From the NCBI GenBank assembly GCA_964016885.1, contig OZ024745.1, positions 4,960,001-5,024,000 of the forward strand: a stretch of DNA of 64,000 nucleotides, given 5' to 3'. Origin of the DNA: Eledone cirrhosa. Taxonomy: Eukaryota. The translations under genes were made by a program, and so were the position numbers. The notes below the pieces were generated by a model, which was not told the DNA's origin, did no database searches, and saw only the letters and a list, made by a program, of their open reading frames with translations. Shown here one piece after another: positions 28,741-44,699 of the stretch (the first letter of the stretch is position 1; every line of letters starts with the position of its first letter).

Positions 28741-31700
28741 TAGTGTAGGACTATACCACACACTCCATAATAGGTACCTTCATGTAGTCTGGGACTATAC
28801 CACACACTCCATCATAGGTACCGTCATCTATTCTGGGACTATACCACACACTCCATCATAGGTACCTTCATCTAGTCTGGGACTATACCACACACTACAT
28901 CATAGGTACCTTCATCTAGTCTGGGACTATACCACACACTCCATCATAGGTACCTTCATCTAGTCTGGGACTATACCACACACTACATCATAGGTACCTT
29001 CATCTAGTCTGGGACTATACCACACACTACATCATAGGTACCTTCATCTAGTGTAGGACTATACCACACACTCCATCAGAGGTACCTTCATCTAGTCTGG
29101 GACTATACCACACACTCCATCATAGGTACCTTCATCAAGTGTAGGACTATACCACACACTCCATCATAAGTACCTTTATATAGTGTAGGACTATACCACA
29201 CACTCCATCATAGGTACCTTCATCTAGTGTAGGACTATACCACACACTCCATCATAGGTACCTTTATCTAGTGTAGGACTATACCACACACTCCATCATG
29301 GGTACCTTTATCTAGTGTAGGACTATACCACACACTCCATCATGGGTACCTTCATTTAGTCTAGGACTATACCACACACTCCATCATAGGTACCTTCATC
29401 TAGTGTAGGACTATACCACACACTCCATCAAGGTACCTTTATATAGTGTAAGACTATACCACACACTCCATAATAGGTACCTTCAACTAGTGTAGGACTA
29501 TACCACACACTCCATCAGAGGTACCTTCATCTAGTCGGGGACTATACCACAAACTCCATCATAGGTACCTTTATATAGTGTAGGACTATACCACACACTC
29601 CATCATAGGTACCTTCATCTAGTGTAGGACTATACCACACACTCCATAATAAGTAACTTCATCTAGTCTGGGACTATACCACACACTCCATCATAGGTAC
29701 CTTCATCTAGTCTAGGACTATACCACACACTCCATCATAGGTACCTTCATCTAGTCTGGGACTATACCACACACTCCATCATAGGTACCTTCATCTAGTG
29801 TAGGACTATACCACACACTCCATAATAGGTAACTTCATCTAGTCTAGGACTATACCACACACTCCATCATAGGTACCTTCATCTAGTCTAGGACTATACC
29901 ACACACTCCATCATAGGTACCTTCATCTAGTCTGGGACTATACCACACACTCCATCATAGGTACCTTCATCTAGTGTAGGACTATACCACACACTCCACC
30001 ATAGGTACCTTCATATAGTGTAGGACTATACCACACACTCCATCATAGGTACCTTCATCTAGTGTAGGACTATACCACACACTACATCATAAGTACCTTC
30101 ATCTAGTGTAGGACTATACCACACACTCCATCTTAGGTACCTTTATATAGTGTAGGACTATACCACACACTCCATCATAGGTACCTTCATCTAGTGTAGG
30201 ACTATACCATACACTCCATCATAGTTACCTTTATCTAGTGTAGGACTATACCACACACTCCATCATGGCTACCTTTATCTAGTGTAGGACTATACCACAC
30301 ACTCCATCATGGGTACCTTTATATAGTGTAGGACTATACCACACACTCCATCATAGGTAACTTTATATAGTGTAGGACTATACCACACACTCCATCATAG
30401 GTACCTTCATCTAGTCTGGGACTATACCACACACTCCATCATAGGTACCTTCATTTAGTCTGGGACTACACCACACACTCCATCATAGGTACCTTCATCT
30501 AGTGTAGGACTATACAACACACTCCATCATAGGTACCTTCATCTGGTCTGGGACTATACCACACACTCCATCATAGGTACCTTCATCTAGTGTAGGACTA
30601 TACCACACACTCCATCATAAGTACCTTCATCTAGTGTAGGACTATACCACACACTCCATCATAGGTACCTTTATATAGTGTAGGACTATACCACACACTC
30701 CATCATAGGTACCTTCATCTAGTGTAGGACTATACCATACACTCCATCATAGGTACCTTTATCTAGTGTAGGACTATACAACACACTCCATCATAGGTAC
30801 CTTCATCTGGTCTGGGACTATACCACACACTCCATCATAGGTACCTTCATCTAGTGTAGGACTATACCACACACTCCATCATAGGTACCTTCATCTAGTG
30901 TAGGACTATACAACACACTCCATCATAGGTACCTTCATCTAGTCTGGGACTATACCACATGCTCCATCATAGGTACCTTCATCTAGTGTAGGACTATACC
31001 ACACACTCCATCATAGGTACCTTTATATAGTGTAGGACTATAGCACACACTCCATAATAGGTACCTTCATCTAGTCTAGGACTATACCACACACTCCATC
31101 ATAAGTACCTTTATGTAGTGTAGGGCTATACCACACACTCCATAATAGGTACCTTCATCTAGTCTAGGACTATACCACACACTCCATCATAGGTACCTTC
31201 ATCTAGTCTGGGACTATACCACACACTCCATCATAGTTACCTTCATCTATTCTGGGACTATACCACACACTCCATAATAGGTACCTTCATCTAGTGTAGG
31301 ACTATACCACACACTCCATCATAGGTACCTTCATCTAGTCTAGGACTATACCACACACTCCATCATAGGTACCTTCATCTCATGTAGGACTATACCACAC
31401 ACTCCATCATAGGTACCTTCATCTAGTCTAGGACTATACCACACACTCCATCATAGGTACCTTCATCTAGTGTAGGACTATACCACACACTCCATCATAG
31501 GTACCTTCATCTAGTCTAGGGCTATACCACACACTCCATCATAGGTACCTTCATCTAGTCTGGGACTATACCACACACTCCATCATAGGTACCTTCATCT
31601 AGTGTAGGACTATGCCACACACTCCATCATAGGTACCTTCATCTAGTGTAGGACTATACCACACACTCCATCATAGGTACCTTCATCTAGTCTAGGACTA

Positions 31701-34139
31701 TACCACACACTCCGTCATAGGTACCTTCATCTAGTCTGGGACTATACCACACACTCCATCATAAGTACCTTCATCTAGTCTAGGACTATACCACACACTC
31801 CATCATAGGTACCTTCATCTAGTGTAGGACTATACCACACACTCCATCATACGTACCTTCATCTAGTCTAGGACTATACCACACACTCCATAATAGGTAC
31901 CTTCATCTAGTCTGGGACTATACCACATACTCCATCATACGTACCTTCATCTAGTCTAGGACTATACCACACACTCCATAATAGGTACCTTCATCTAGTC
32001 TAGGACTATACCACACACTCCATCATAGGTACCTTCATCTAGTCTAGGACTATACCACACACTCCATCATAGGTACCTTCATCTAGTGTAGGACTATACC
32101 ACACACTCCATAATAGGTACCTTCATGTAGTCTGGGACTATACCACACACTCCATCATAGGTACCGTCATCTATTCTGGGACTATACCACACACTCCATC
32201 ATAGGTACCTTCATCTAGTGTAGGACTATACCACACACTCCATCATAGGTACCTTCATCTAGTCTGGGACTATACCACACACTACATCATAGGTACCTTC
32301 ATTTAGTCTGGGACTATACCACACACTCCATCATAGGTACCTTCATCTAGTCTGGGACTATACCACACACTACATCATAGGTACCTTCATCTAGTCTGGG
32401 ACTATATCACACACTACATCATAGGTACCTTCATCTAGTGTAGGACTATACCACACACTCCATCATAGGTACCTTCATCAAGTGTAGGACTATACCACAC
32501 ACTCCATCATAAGTACCTTTATATAGTGTAGGACTATACCACACACTCCATCATAGGTACCTTCATCTAGTGTAGGACTATACCACACACTCCATCATAG
32601 GTACCTTTATCTAGTGTAGGACTATACCACACACTCCATCATGGGTACCTTTATCTAGTGTAGGACTATACCACACACTCCATCATGGGTACCTTCATTT
32701 AGTCTAGGACTATACCACACACTCCATCATAGGTACCTTCATCTAGTGTAGGACTATACCACACACTCCATCAAGGTACCTTTATATAGTGTAAGACTAT
32801 ACCACACACTCCATAATAGGTACCTTCAACTAGTGTAGGACTATACCACACACTCCATCAGAGGTACCTTCATCTAGTCGGGGACTATACCACAAACTCC
32901 ATCATAGGTACCTTTATATAGTGTAGGACTATACCACACACTCCATCATAGGTACCTTCATCTAGTGTAGGACTATACCACACACTCCATAATAAGTAAC
33001 TTCATCTAGTCTGGGACTATACCACACACTCCATCATAGGTACCTTCATCTAGTCTAGGACTATACCACACACTCCATCATAGGTACCTTCATCTAGTCT
33101 GGGACTATACCACACACTCCATCATAGGTACCTTCATCTAGTGTAGGACTATACCACACACTCCATAATAGGTAACTTCATCTAGTCTAGGACTATACCA
33201 CACACTCCATCATAGGTACCTTCATCTAGTCTAGGACTATACCACACACTCCATCATAGGTACCTTCATCTAGTCTGGGACTATACCACACACTCCATCA
33301 TAGGTACCTTCATCTAGTGTAGGACTATACCACACACTCCATCATAGGTACCTTCATATAGTGTAGGACTATACCACACACTCCATCATAGGTACCTTCA
33401 TCTAGTGTAGGACTATACCACACACTCCATCATAGGTACCTTCATATAGTGTAGGACTATACCACACACTCCATCATAGGTACCTTCATCTAGTGTAGGA
33501 CTATACCACACACTCCATCATAGGTACCTTCATCTAGTGTAGGACTATACCACACACTCCATCATAGGTACCTTCATATAGTGTAGGACTATACCACACA
33601 CTCCATCATAGGTACCTTTATATAGTGTAGGACTATACCACACACTCCATCATAGTTACCTTCATCTAGTGTAGGACTATACCACACACTCCATCATAGG
33701 TACCTTCATATAGTGTAGGACTATACCACACACTCCATCATAGGTACCTTCATCTAGTGTAGGACTATACCACACACTCCATCATAGGTACCTTCATATA
33801 GTGTAGGACTATACCACACACTCCATAATAGGTACCTTCATATAGTGTAGGACTATACCACACACTCCATCATAAATACCTTTATATAGTGTAGGACTAT
33901 ACCACACACTCCATCATAGGTACCTTCATCTAGTGTAGGACTATACCACACACTCCATCATAGGTACCTTTATCTAGTGTAGGACTATACCACACACTCC
34001 ATCATGGGTACCTTTATCTAGTGTAGGACTATACCACACACTCCATCATGGGTACCTTCATTTAGTCTAGGACTATACCACACACTCAATCATAGGTACC
34101 TTCATCTAGTGTAGGACTATACCACACACTCCATCATAG

Positions 34140-37100
34140 GTACCTTTATATAGTGTAGGACTATACCACACACTCCATAATAGGTACCTTCAACTAGTGT
34201 AGGACTATACCACACACTCCATCATAGGTACCTTCATCTAGTGTAGGACTATACCACACACTCCATCATAGGCACCTTTATATAGTGTACGACTATACCA
34301 CACACACCATCATAGGTACCTTCATCTAGTGTAGGACTATACCACACACTCCATCATAGGTACCTTCATCTAGTGTAGGACTATACCACACACTCCATCA
34401 TGGGAACCTTCATCTAGTCTAAGACTATACCACACACTCCATCAGAGGTACCTTCATCTAGTCGGGGACTATACCACACACTCCATCATAGGTACCTTTA
34501 TATAGTGTAGGACTATACCACACACTCCATCATAGGTACCTTCATCTAGTGTAGGACTATGCCACACACTCCATAATAGGTACCTTCATCTAGTCTAGGA
34601 CTATACCACACACTCCATCATAGGTACCTTCATCTAGTGTAGGACTATACCACACACTCCATCATAGGTACCTTCATCTAGTCTAGGACTATACCACACA
34701 CTCCATAATAGGTACCTTCATCTAGTCTAGGACTATACCACACACTCCATCATAGGTACCTTCATCTAGTCTGGGACTATACCACACACTCCATCATGGG
34801 TACCTTCATCTAGTGTAGGACTCTACCCCACATTCCATCATAGGTACCTTCATCTAGTGTAGGACTATACCACACACTACATCATAGGTACCTTTATATA
34901 GTGTAGGACTCTGCCAGACACTCCATTATAGGTACCTTCATCTAGTCTAGGACTATACCACACACTCCATCATAGGTACCTTCATCTAGTCTGGGACTAT
35001 ACCACACACTACATCATAGGTACCTTTATATAGTGTAGTACTATACCAGACACTCCATCATAGGTACCTTCATCTAGTGTAGGACTATACCACATACTCC
35101 ATCATAGGTACCTTCATCTAGTGTAGGACTATTCCACACACTCCATCATAGGTACCTTCATCTAGTGTAGGACTATACCACACACTACATCATAGGTACC
35201 TTTATATAGTGTAGTACTATACCAGACACTCCATCATAGGTACCTTCATCTAGTCTAGGACTATACCACACACTCCATCATAGGTACCTTCATCTAGTCT
35301 GGGACTATACCACACACTCCATCATAGGTACCTCCATCTAGTGTAGGACTATACCCCACACTCCATCATAGGTACCTTCATCTAGTCTAGGACTATACCA
35401 CACACTCCATAATAGGTACCTTTATATAGTGTAGGACTATACCACACACTCCATAATAGGTACCTTCATCTAGTGTAGGACTATACCACACACTCCATCA
35501 TAGGTACCTTCATCTAGTCTAGGACTATACCACACACTCCATCATAGGTACCTTTATATAGTGTACGACTATACCACTCACTCCATCATAGGTACCTTCA
35601 TCTAGTGTAGGACTATACCACACACTACATCATAGGTACCTTTATATAGTGTAGGACTATACCACACACTCCATCATAGGTACCTTCATCTAGTCTAGGA
35701 CTATACCACACACTCCATCATAGGTACCTTCATCTAGTCTGGGACTATACCACACACTCCATCATAGGTACCTTCATCTAGTCGGGGACTATACCACACA
35801 CTCCATCATAGGTACCTTCATCTAGTGTAGGACTATACCACACACTCCATCATAGGTACCTTCATCTAGTCTGGGACTATACCACACACTCCGTCATAGG
35901 TACCTTTATCTAGTCTAGAACTATACCACACACTCCATCATAGGTACCTTCATCTAGTCTGGGACGACTATACCACACACTCCATCATAGGTACCTTCAT
36001 CTAGTCTAGGACTATACCACACACTCCATAATAGGTACCTTTATACAGTGTAGGACTATACCACACACTCCATCATAGGTACCTTCATCTAGTGTGGGAC
36101 TATACCACACACTCCATAATAGGTACCTTTATATAGTGTAGGACTATACCACACACTCCATCATAGGTACCTTCATCTAGTCTGGGTCTATACCACACAC
36201 TCCATAATAGGTACCTTTATATAGTGTAGGACTATACCACACACTCCATCATAGGTACCTTAATCTAGTGTAGGACTATACCACACACTCCATAATAGGT
36301 ACCTTCATCTAGTGTAGGACTATACCACACACTCCATCATAGGTACCTTTATATAGTGTAGGACTATACCACACACTCCATAATAGGTACCCTCAACTAG
36401 TGTAGGACTATACCACACACTCCATCATAGGTACCTTCATCTAGTGTAGGACTATACCACACACTCCATCATAGGCACCTTTATATAGTGTACGACTATA
36501 CCACACACACCATCATAGGTACCTTCATCTAGTGTAGGACTATACCACACACTCCATCATAGGTACCTTCATCTAGTGTAGGACTATACCACACACTCCA
36601 TCATGGGAACCTTCATCTAGTCTAAGACTATACCACACACTCCATCAGAGGTACCTTCATCTAGTCGGGGACTATACCACACACTCCATCATAGGTACCT
36701 TTATATAGTGTAGGACTATACCACACACTCCATCATAGGTACCTTCATCTAGTGTAGGACTATGCCACACACTCCATAATAGGCACCTTCATCTAGTCTA
36801 GGACTATACCACACACTCCATCATAGGTACCTTCATCTAGTGTAGGACTATACCACACACTCCATCATAGGTACCTTCATCTAGTCTAGGACTATACCAC
36901 ACACTCCATCATAGGTACCTTCATCTAGTCTAGGACTATACCACACACTCCATAATAGGTACCTTCATCTAGTCTAGGACTATACCACACACTCCATCAT
37001 AGGTACCTTCATCTAGTCTGGGACTATACCACACACTCCATCATAGGTACCTTCATCTAGTGTAGGACTCTACCCCACACTTCATCATAGGTACCTTCAT

Positions 37101-38400
37101 CTAGTGTAGGACTATACCACACACTACATCATAGGTACCTTTATATAGTGTAGGACTCTACCAGACACTCCATTATAGGTACCTTCATCTAGTCTAGGAC
37201 TATACCACACACTCCATCATAGGTACCTTCATCTAGTCTGGGACTATACCACACACTACATCATAGGTACCTTTATATAGTGTAGTACTATACCAGACAC
37301 TCCATCATAGGTACCTTCATCTAGTGTAGGACTATACCACACACTCCATCATAGGTACCTTCATCTAGTCTGGGACTATACCACACACTCCATCATAGGT
37401 ACCTCCATCTAGTGTAGGACTATGCCCCACACTCCATCATAGGTACCTTCATCTAGTCTAGGACTATACCACACACTCCATAATAGGTACCTTTATATAG
37501 TGTAGGACTATACCACACACTCCATAATAGGTACCTTCATCTAGTGTAGGACTATACCACACACTCCATCATAGGTACCTTCATCTAGTCTAGGACTATA
37601 CCACACACTCCATCATAGGTACCTTTATATAGTGTACGACTATACCACTCACTCCATCATAGGTACCTTCATCTAGTGTAGGACTATACCACACACTACA
37701 TCATAGGTACCTTTATATAGTGTAGGACTATACCACACACTCCATCATAGGTACCTTCATCTAGTCTAGGACTATACCACACACTCCATCATAGGTACCT
37801 TCATCTAGTCTGGGACTATACCACACACTCCATCATAGGTACCTTCATCTAGTCGGGGACTATACCACACACTCCATCATAGGTACCTTCATCTAGTGTA
37901 GGACTATACCACACACTCCATCATAGGTACCTTCATCTAGTCTGGGACTATACCACACACTCCATCATAGGTACCTTTATCTAGTCTAGAGCTATACCAC
38001 ACACTCCATCATAGGTACCTTCATCTAGTCTGGGACGACTATACCACACACTCCATCATAGGTACCTTCATCTAGTCTAGGACTATACCACACACTCCAT
38101 AATAGGTACCTTTATACAGTGTAGGACTATACCACACACTCCATCATAGGTACCTTCATCTAGTGTGGGACTATACCACACACTCCATAATAGGTACCTT
38201 TATATAGTGTAGGACTATACCACACACTCCATCATAGGTACCTTCATCTAGTCTGGGTCTATACCACACACTCCATAATAGGTACCTTTATATAGTGTAG
38301 GACTATACCACACACTCCATCATAGGTACCTTAATCTAGTGTAGGACTATACCACACACTCCATAATAGGTACCTTCATCTAGTGTAGGACTATACCACA
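34140..38400. repeat. Higher-order tandem duplication of ~47-50 monomers (2.07-2.2 kb) x2
   Basis: GGGAACC at 34402 and 36605 (2203 = 50x44+3). GGGACGAC insertion at 35961 and 38032 (2071 = 47x44+3). Confidence 0.85.
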
Positions 38401-41400
38401 CACTCCATAATAGGTACCTTCATCTAGTGTAGGACTATACCACACACTCCATCATAGGTACCTTCATCTAGTCTGGGACTATACCACACACTCCATCATA
38501 GGTACCTTTATATAGTGTAGGACTATACCACACACTCCATCATAGGTATCTTCATCTAGTCTAGGACTATACCACACACTCCATAATAGGTACCTTTATA
38601 TAGTGTAGGACTATACCACACACTCCATAATAAGTACCTTCATCTAGTGTAGGACTATACCACACACTCCATCATAGGTACCTTCATCTAGTGTAGGACT
38701 ATACCACACACTCCATCATAGGTACCTTCATCTAGTGTAGGACTATACCACACACTCCATAATAGGTACCTTCATCTAGTGTAAGACTATACCACACATT
38801 CCATCATAAGTACCTTCATCTAGTGTAGGACTATACCACACACTCCATAATAGGTACCTTCATCTAGTGTAGGACTATACCACACACTCCATAATAGGTA
38901 CCTTTATATAGTGTAGGACTATACCACACACTCCATCATAGGTACCTGCATCTAGTCTAGGACTATACCACACACTCCATAATAGGTACCTTCATCGAGT
39001 CTGGGACTATACCACACACTCCATCATAGGTACCTTCATCTAGTCTAGGACTATACCACACACTCCATCATAGGTACCTTCATCTAGTCTGGGACTATAC
39101 CACACACTCCATCATAGGCACCTTCATCTAGAGTAGGACTCTACCCCACACTCCATCATAGGTACCTTCATCTAGTGTAGGACTATACCACACACTACAT
39201 CATAGGTACCTTTATATAGTGTAGGACTCTACCAGACACTCCATTATAGGTACCTTCATCTAGTCTAGGACTATACCACACACTCCATCATAGGTACCTT
39301 CATCTAGTCTGGGACTATACCACACACTACATCATAGGTACCTTTATATAGTGTATTACTATACCAGACACTCCATCATAGGTACCTTCATCTAGTGTAG
39401 GACTATACCACACACTCCGTCATAGGTACCTTCATCTAGTGTAGGACTATACCACACACTCCATCATAGGTACCTTCATCTAGTGTAGGACTATACCACA
39501 CACTACATCATAGGTACCTTTATATAGTGTAGTACTATACCAGACACTCCATCATAGGTACCTTCATCTAGTCTAGGACTATACCACACACTCCATCATA
39601 GGTACCTTCATCTAGTCTGGGACTATACCACACACTCCATCATAGGTACCTCCATCTAGTGTAGGACTATACCCCACACTCCATCATAGGTACCTTCATC
39701 TAGTCTAGGACTATACCACACACTCCATAATAGGTACCTTTATATATTGTAGGACTATACTACACACTCCATCATAGGTACCTTTATCTAGTGTAGGACT
39801 ATACCACACACCCCATAATAGGTACCTTCATCTAGTGTATGACTATACCACACACTCCATCATAGGTACCTTCATCTAGTCTAGGACTATACCACACACT
39901 CCATAATAGGTACCTTTATATAGTGTAGGAATATACCACACACTCCATAATAGGTACCTTCATCTAGTGTAGGACTATACCACACACTCCATCATAGGTA
40001 CCTTCATCTAATCTAGGACTATACCACACACTCCATCATAGGTACCTTTATATAGTGTAGGACTATACCACACACTCCATCATAGGTACCTTCATCTAGT
40101 CTAGGACTATACCACACACTACATCATAGGTACCTTCATCTAGTGTAGGACTATACCACACACTACATCATAGGTACCTTTATATAGTGTAGGACTATAC
40201 CACACACTCCATCATAGGTACCTTCATCTAGTCTAGGACTATACCACACACTCCATCATAGGTACCTTCATCTAGTCTGGGACTATACCACACACTCCAT
40301 CATAGGTACCTTCATCTAGTCGGGGACTATTCCACACACTCCATCATAGGTACCTTCATCTAGTGTAGTACTATACCACACACTCCATCATAGGTACCTT
40401 CATCTAGTCTGGGACTATACCACACACTCCATCATAGGTACCTTCATCTAGTCTAGGACTATACCACACACTCCATCATAGGTACCTTCATCTAGTCTGG
40501 GACGACTATACCACACACTCCATCATAGGTACCTTCATCTAGTCTAGGACTATACCACACACTCCATAATAGGTACCTTTATACAGTGTAGGACTATACC
40601 ACACACTCCATCATAGGTACCTTCATCTAGTGTCGGACTATACCACACACTCCATAATAGGTACCTTTATATAGTGTAGGACTATACCACACACTCCATC
40701 ATAGGTACCTTCATCTAGTCTGGGACTATACCACACACTCCATAATAGGTACCTTTATATATCGTAGGACTATACCACACACTCAATCATAGGTACCTTA
40801 ATCTAGTGTAGGACTATACCACACACTCCATAATAGGTACCTTCATCTAGTGTAGGACTATACCACACACTCCATCATAAGTACGTTCATCTAGTGTAGG
40901 ACTATACCACACACTCCATAATAGGTACCTTCATCTAGTGTAGGACTATACCACACACTCCATAATAGGTCCCTTTATATAGTGTAGGACTATACCACAC
41001 ACTCCATCATAGGTACCTTCATCTAGTCTAGGACTATACCACACACTCCATAATAGGTACCTTCATCTAGTCTGGGACTATACCACACACTCCATCATAG
41101 GTACCTTCATCTAGTCTAGGACTATACCACACACTCCATCATAGGTACCTTCATCTAGTGTAGGACTATACCACACACTCCATCATAGGTACCTTCATCT
41201 AGTGTAGGTCTATACCACACACTCCATAATAGGTACCTTCATCTAGTGTAGGACTATACCACACACTCCATCATAGGTACCTTCATCTAGTGTAGGACTA
41301 TACCACACACTCCATAATAGGTACCTTCATCTAGTGTAGGACTATACCACACACTCCATAATAGGTACCTTTATATAGTGTAGGACTATACCACACACTC

Positions 41401-44400
41401 CATCATAGGTACCTTCATCTAGTCTAGGACTATACCACACACTCCATAATAGGTACCTTCATCTAGTCTAGGACTATACCACACACTCCATCATAGGTAC
41501 CTTCATCTAGTCTGGGACTATACCACACACTCCATCATAGGTACCTTCATCTTGTGTAGGACTATACCCCACACTCCATCATAGGTACCTTCATCTAGTG
41601 TAGGACTATACCACACACTACATCATAGGTACCTTCATCTAGTGTAGGAGTATACCACACACTCCATCATAGGTACCTTCATCTAGTCTGGGACTATACC
41701 ACACACTCCATCATAGGTACCTTCATCTAGTGTAGGACTATACCACGCACTCCATCATAGGTACCTTCATCTAGTGTAGGACTATACCACACACTACATC
41801 ATAGGTACCTTCATCTAGTCTGTGACTATACCACACACTCCATCATAGGTACCTTCATCTAGTGTAGGACTATACCCCACACTCCATCATAGGTACCTTC
41901 ATCTAGTGTAGAACTATACCACACACTACATCATAGGTACCTTCATCTAGTGTAGGACTATACCACACACTCCATCATAGGTACCTTCATCTAGTCTGGG
42001 ACTATACCACACACTCCATCATAGGTACCTTCATCTAGTGTAGGACTATACCACACACTCCATCATGGGTAACTTTATATAGTGTAGGACTATACCACAC
42101 ACTCCATCATAGGTACCTTCATCTAGTGTAGGACTGTACCGCACACTCCATCATAGGTACCTTCATCTAGTGTAGGACTATACCACACACTCCATCATAG
42201 CTAACTTTATTTAGTGTAGGACTATACCACACACTCCATCATAGGTACCTTTATATAGTGTTGGACTCTACCAGACACTCCATTATAGGTACCTTCATCT
42301 AGTCTAGGACTATACCACACACTCCATCATAGGTACCTTCATCTAGTCTGGGACTATACCACACACTACATCATAGGTACCTTTATATAGTGTAGTACTA
42401 TACCAGACACTCCATCATAGGTACCTTCATCTAGTGTAGCACTATACCACACACTCCATCATAGGTACCTTCATCTAGTGTAGGACTATACCACACACTC
42501 CATCATAGGTACCTTCATCTAGTGTAGGACTATACCACACACTACATCATAGGTACCTTTATATAGTGTAGTACTATACCAGACACTCCATCATAGGTAC
42601 CTTCATCTAGTCTAGGACTATACCACACACTCCATCATAGGTACCTTCATCTAGTCTGGGACTATACCACACACTCCATCATAGGTACCTCCAGCTAGTG
42701 TAGGACTATAGCCCACACTCCATCATAGGTACCTTCATCTAGTCTAGGACTATACCACACACTCCATAATAGGTACCTTTATATAGTGTAGGACTATACC
42801 ACACACCCCATAATAGGTACCTTCCTCTAGTGTATGACTATACCACACACTCCATCATAGGTACCTTCATCTAGTCTAGGACTATACCACACACTCCATA
42901 ATAGGTACCTTTATGTAGTGTAGGACTATACCACACACTCCATAATAGGTACCTTCATCTAGTGTAGGACTATACCACACACTCCATCATAGGTACCTTT
43001 ATATAGTGTACGACTATACCACTCACTCCATCATAGGTACCTTCATCTAGTGTAGGACTATACCACACACTACATCATAGGTACCTTTATATAGTGTAGG
43101 ACTATACCACACACTCCATCATAGGTACCTTCATCTAGTCTAGGACTATACCACACACTCCATCATAGGTACCTTCCTCTAGTCTGGGACTATACCACAC
43201 ACTCCATCATAGGTACCTTCATCTAGTCGGGGACTATACCACACACTCCATCATAGGTACCTTCATCTAGTGTAGGACTATACCACACACTCCATCATAG
43301 GTACCTTCATCTAGTCTGGGACTATACCACACACTCCATCATAGGTACCTTCATCTAGTCTAGGACTATACCACACACTCCATCATAGGTACCTTCATCT
43401 AGTCTGGGACGACTATACCACACACTCCATCATAGGTACCTTCATCTAGTCTAGGACTATACCACACACTCCATAATAGGTACCTTTATACAGTGTAGGA
43501 CTATACCACACACTCCATCATAGGTACCTTCATCTAGTGTGGGACTATACCACACACTCCATAATAGGTACCTTTATATAGTGTAGGACTATACCACACA
43601 CTCCATCATAGGTACCTTCATCTAGTCTGGGACTATACCACACACTCCATATTAGGTACCTTTATATAGCGTAGGACTATACCACACACTCCATCATAGG
43701 TACCTTAATCTATTGTAGGACTATACCACACACTCCATAATAGGTACCTTCATCTAGTGTAGGACTATACCACACACTCCATCATAGGTACCTTTATATA
43801 GTGTAGGACTATACCACACACTCCATCATGGGTACCTTTATATAGTGTAGGACTATACCACACACTCCATAATAGGTACCTTCATCTAGTGTAGGACTAT
43901 ACCACACACTCCATAATAGGTACCTTCATCTAGTGTAGGACTATACCACACACTCCATCATAGGTACCTTCATCTAGTCTGGGACTATACCACACACTCC
44001 ATCATAGGTACCTTTATATAGTGTAGGACTATACCACACACTCCATCATAGGTACCTTCATCTAGTCTAGGACTATACCACACACTCCATAATAGGTACA
44101 TTTATATAGTGTAGGACTATACCACACACTCCATAATAGGTACCTTCATCTAGTGTAGGACTATACCACACACTCCATCATAGGTACCTTCATCTAGTGT
44201 AGGACTATACCACACACTCCATCATAGGTACCTTCATCTAGTGTAGGACTATACCACACACTCCATAATAGGTACCTTCATCTAGTGTAGGACTATACCA
44301 CACACTCCATCATAAGTACCTTCATCTAGTGTAGGACTATACCACACACTCCATAATAGGTACCTTCATCTAGTGTAGGACTATACCACACACTCCATAA

Positions 44401-44699
44401 TAGGTCCCTTTATATAGTGTAGGACTATACCACACACTCCATCATAGGTACCTTCATCTAGTCTAGGACTATACCACACACTCCATCATAGGTACCTTCA
44501 TCTAGTGTAGGACTATACCACACACTCCATCATAGGTACCTTCATCTAGTGTAGGACTATACCACACACTCCATAATAGGTACCTTCATCTAGTGTAGGA
44601 CTATACCACACACTCCATCATAAGTACATTCATCTAGTGTAGGACTATACCACACACTCCATAATAGGTACCTTCATCTAGTGTAGGACTATACCACAC

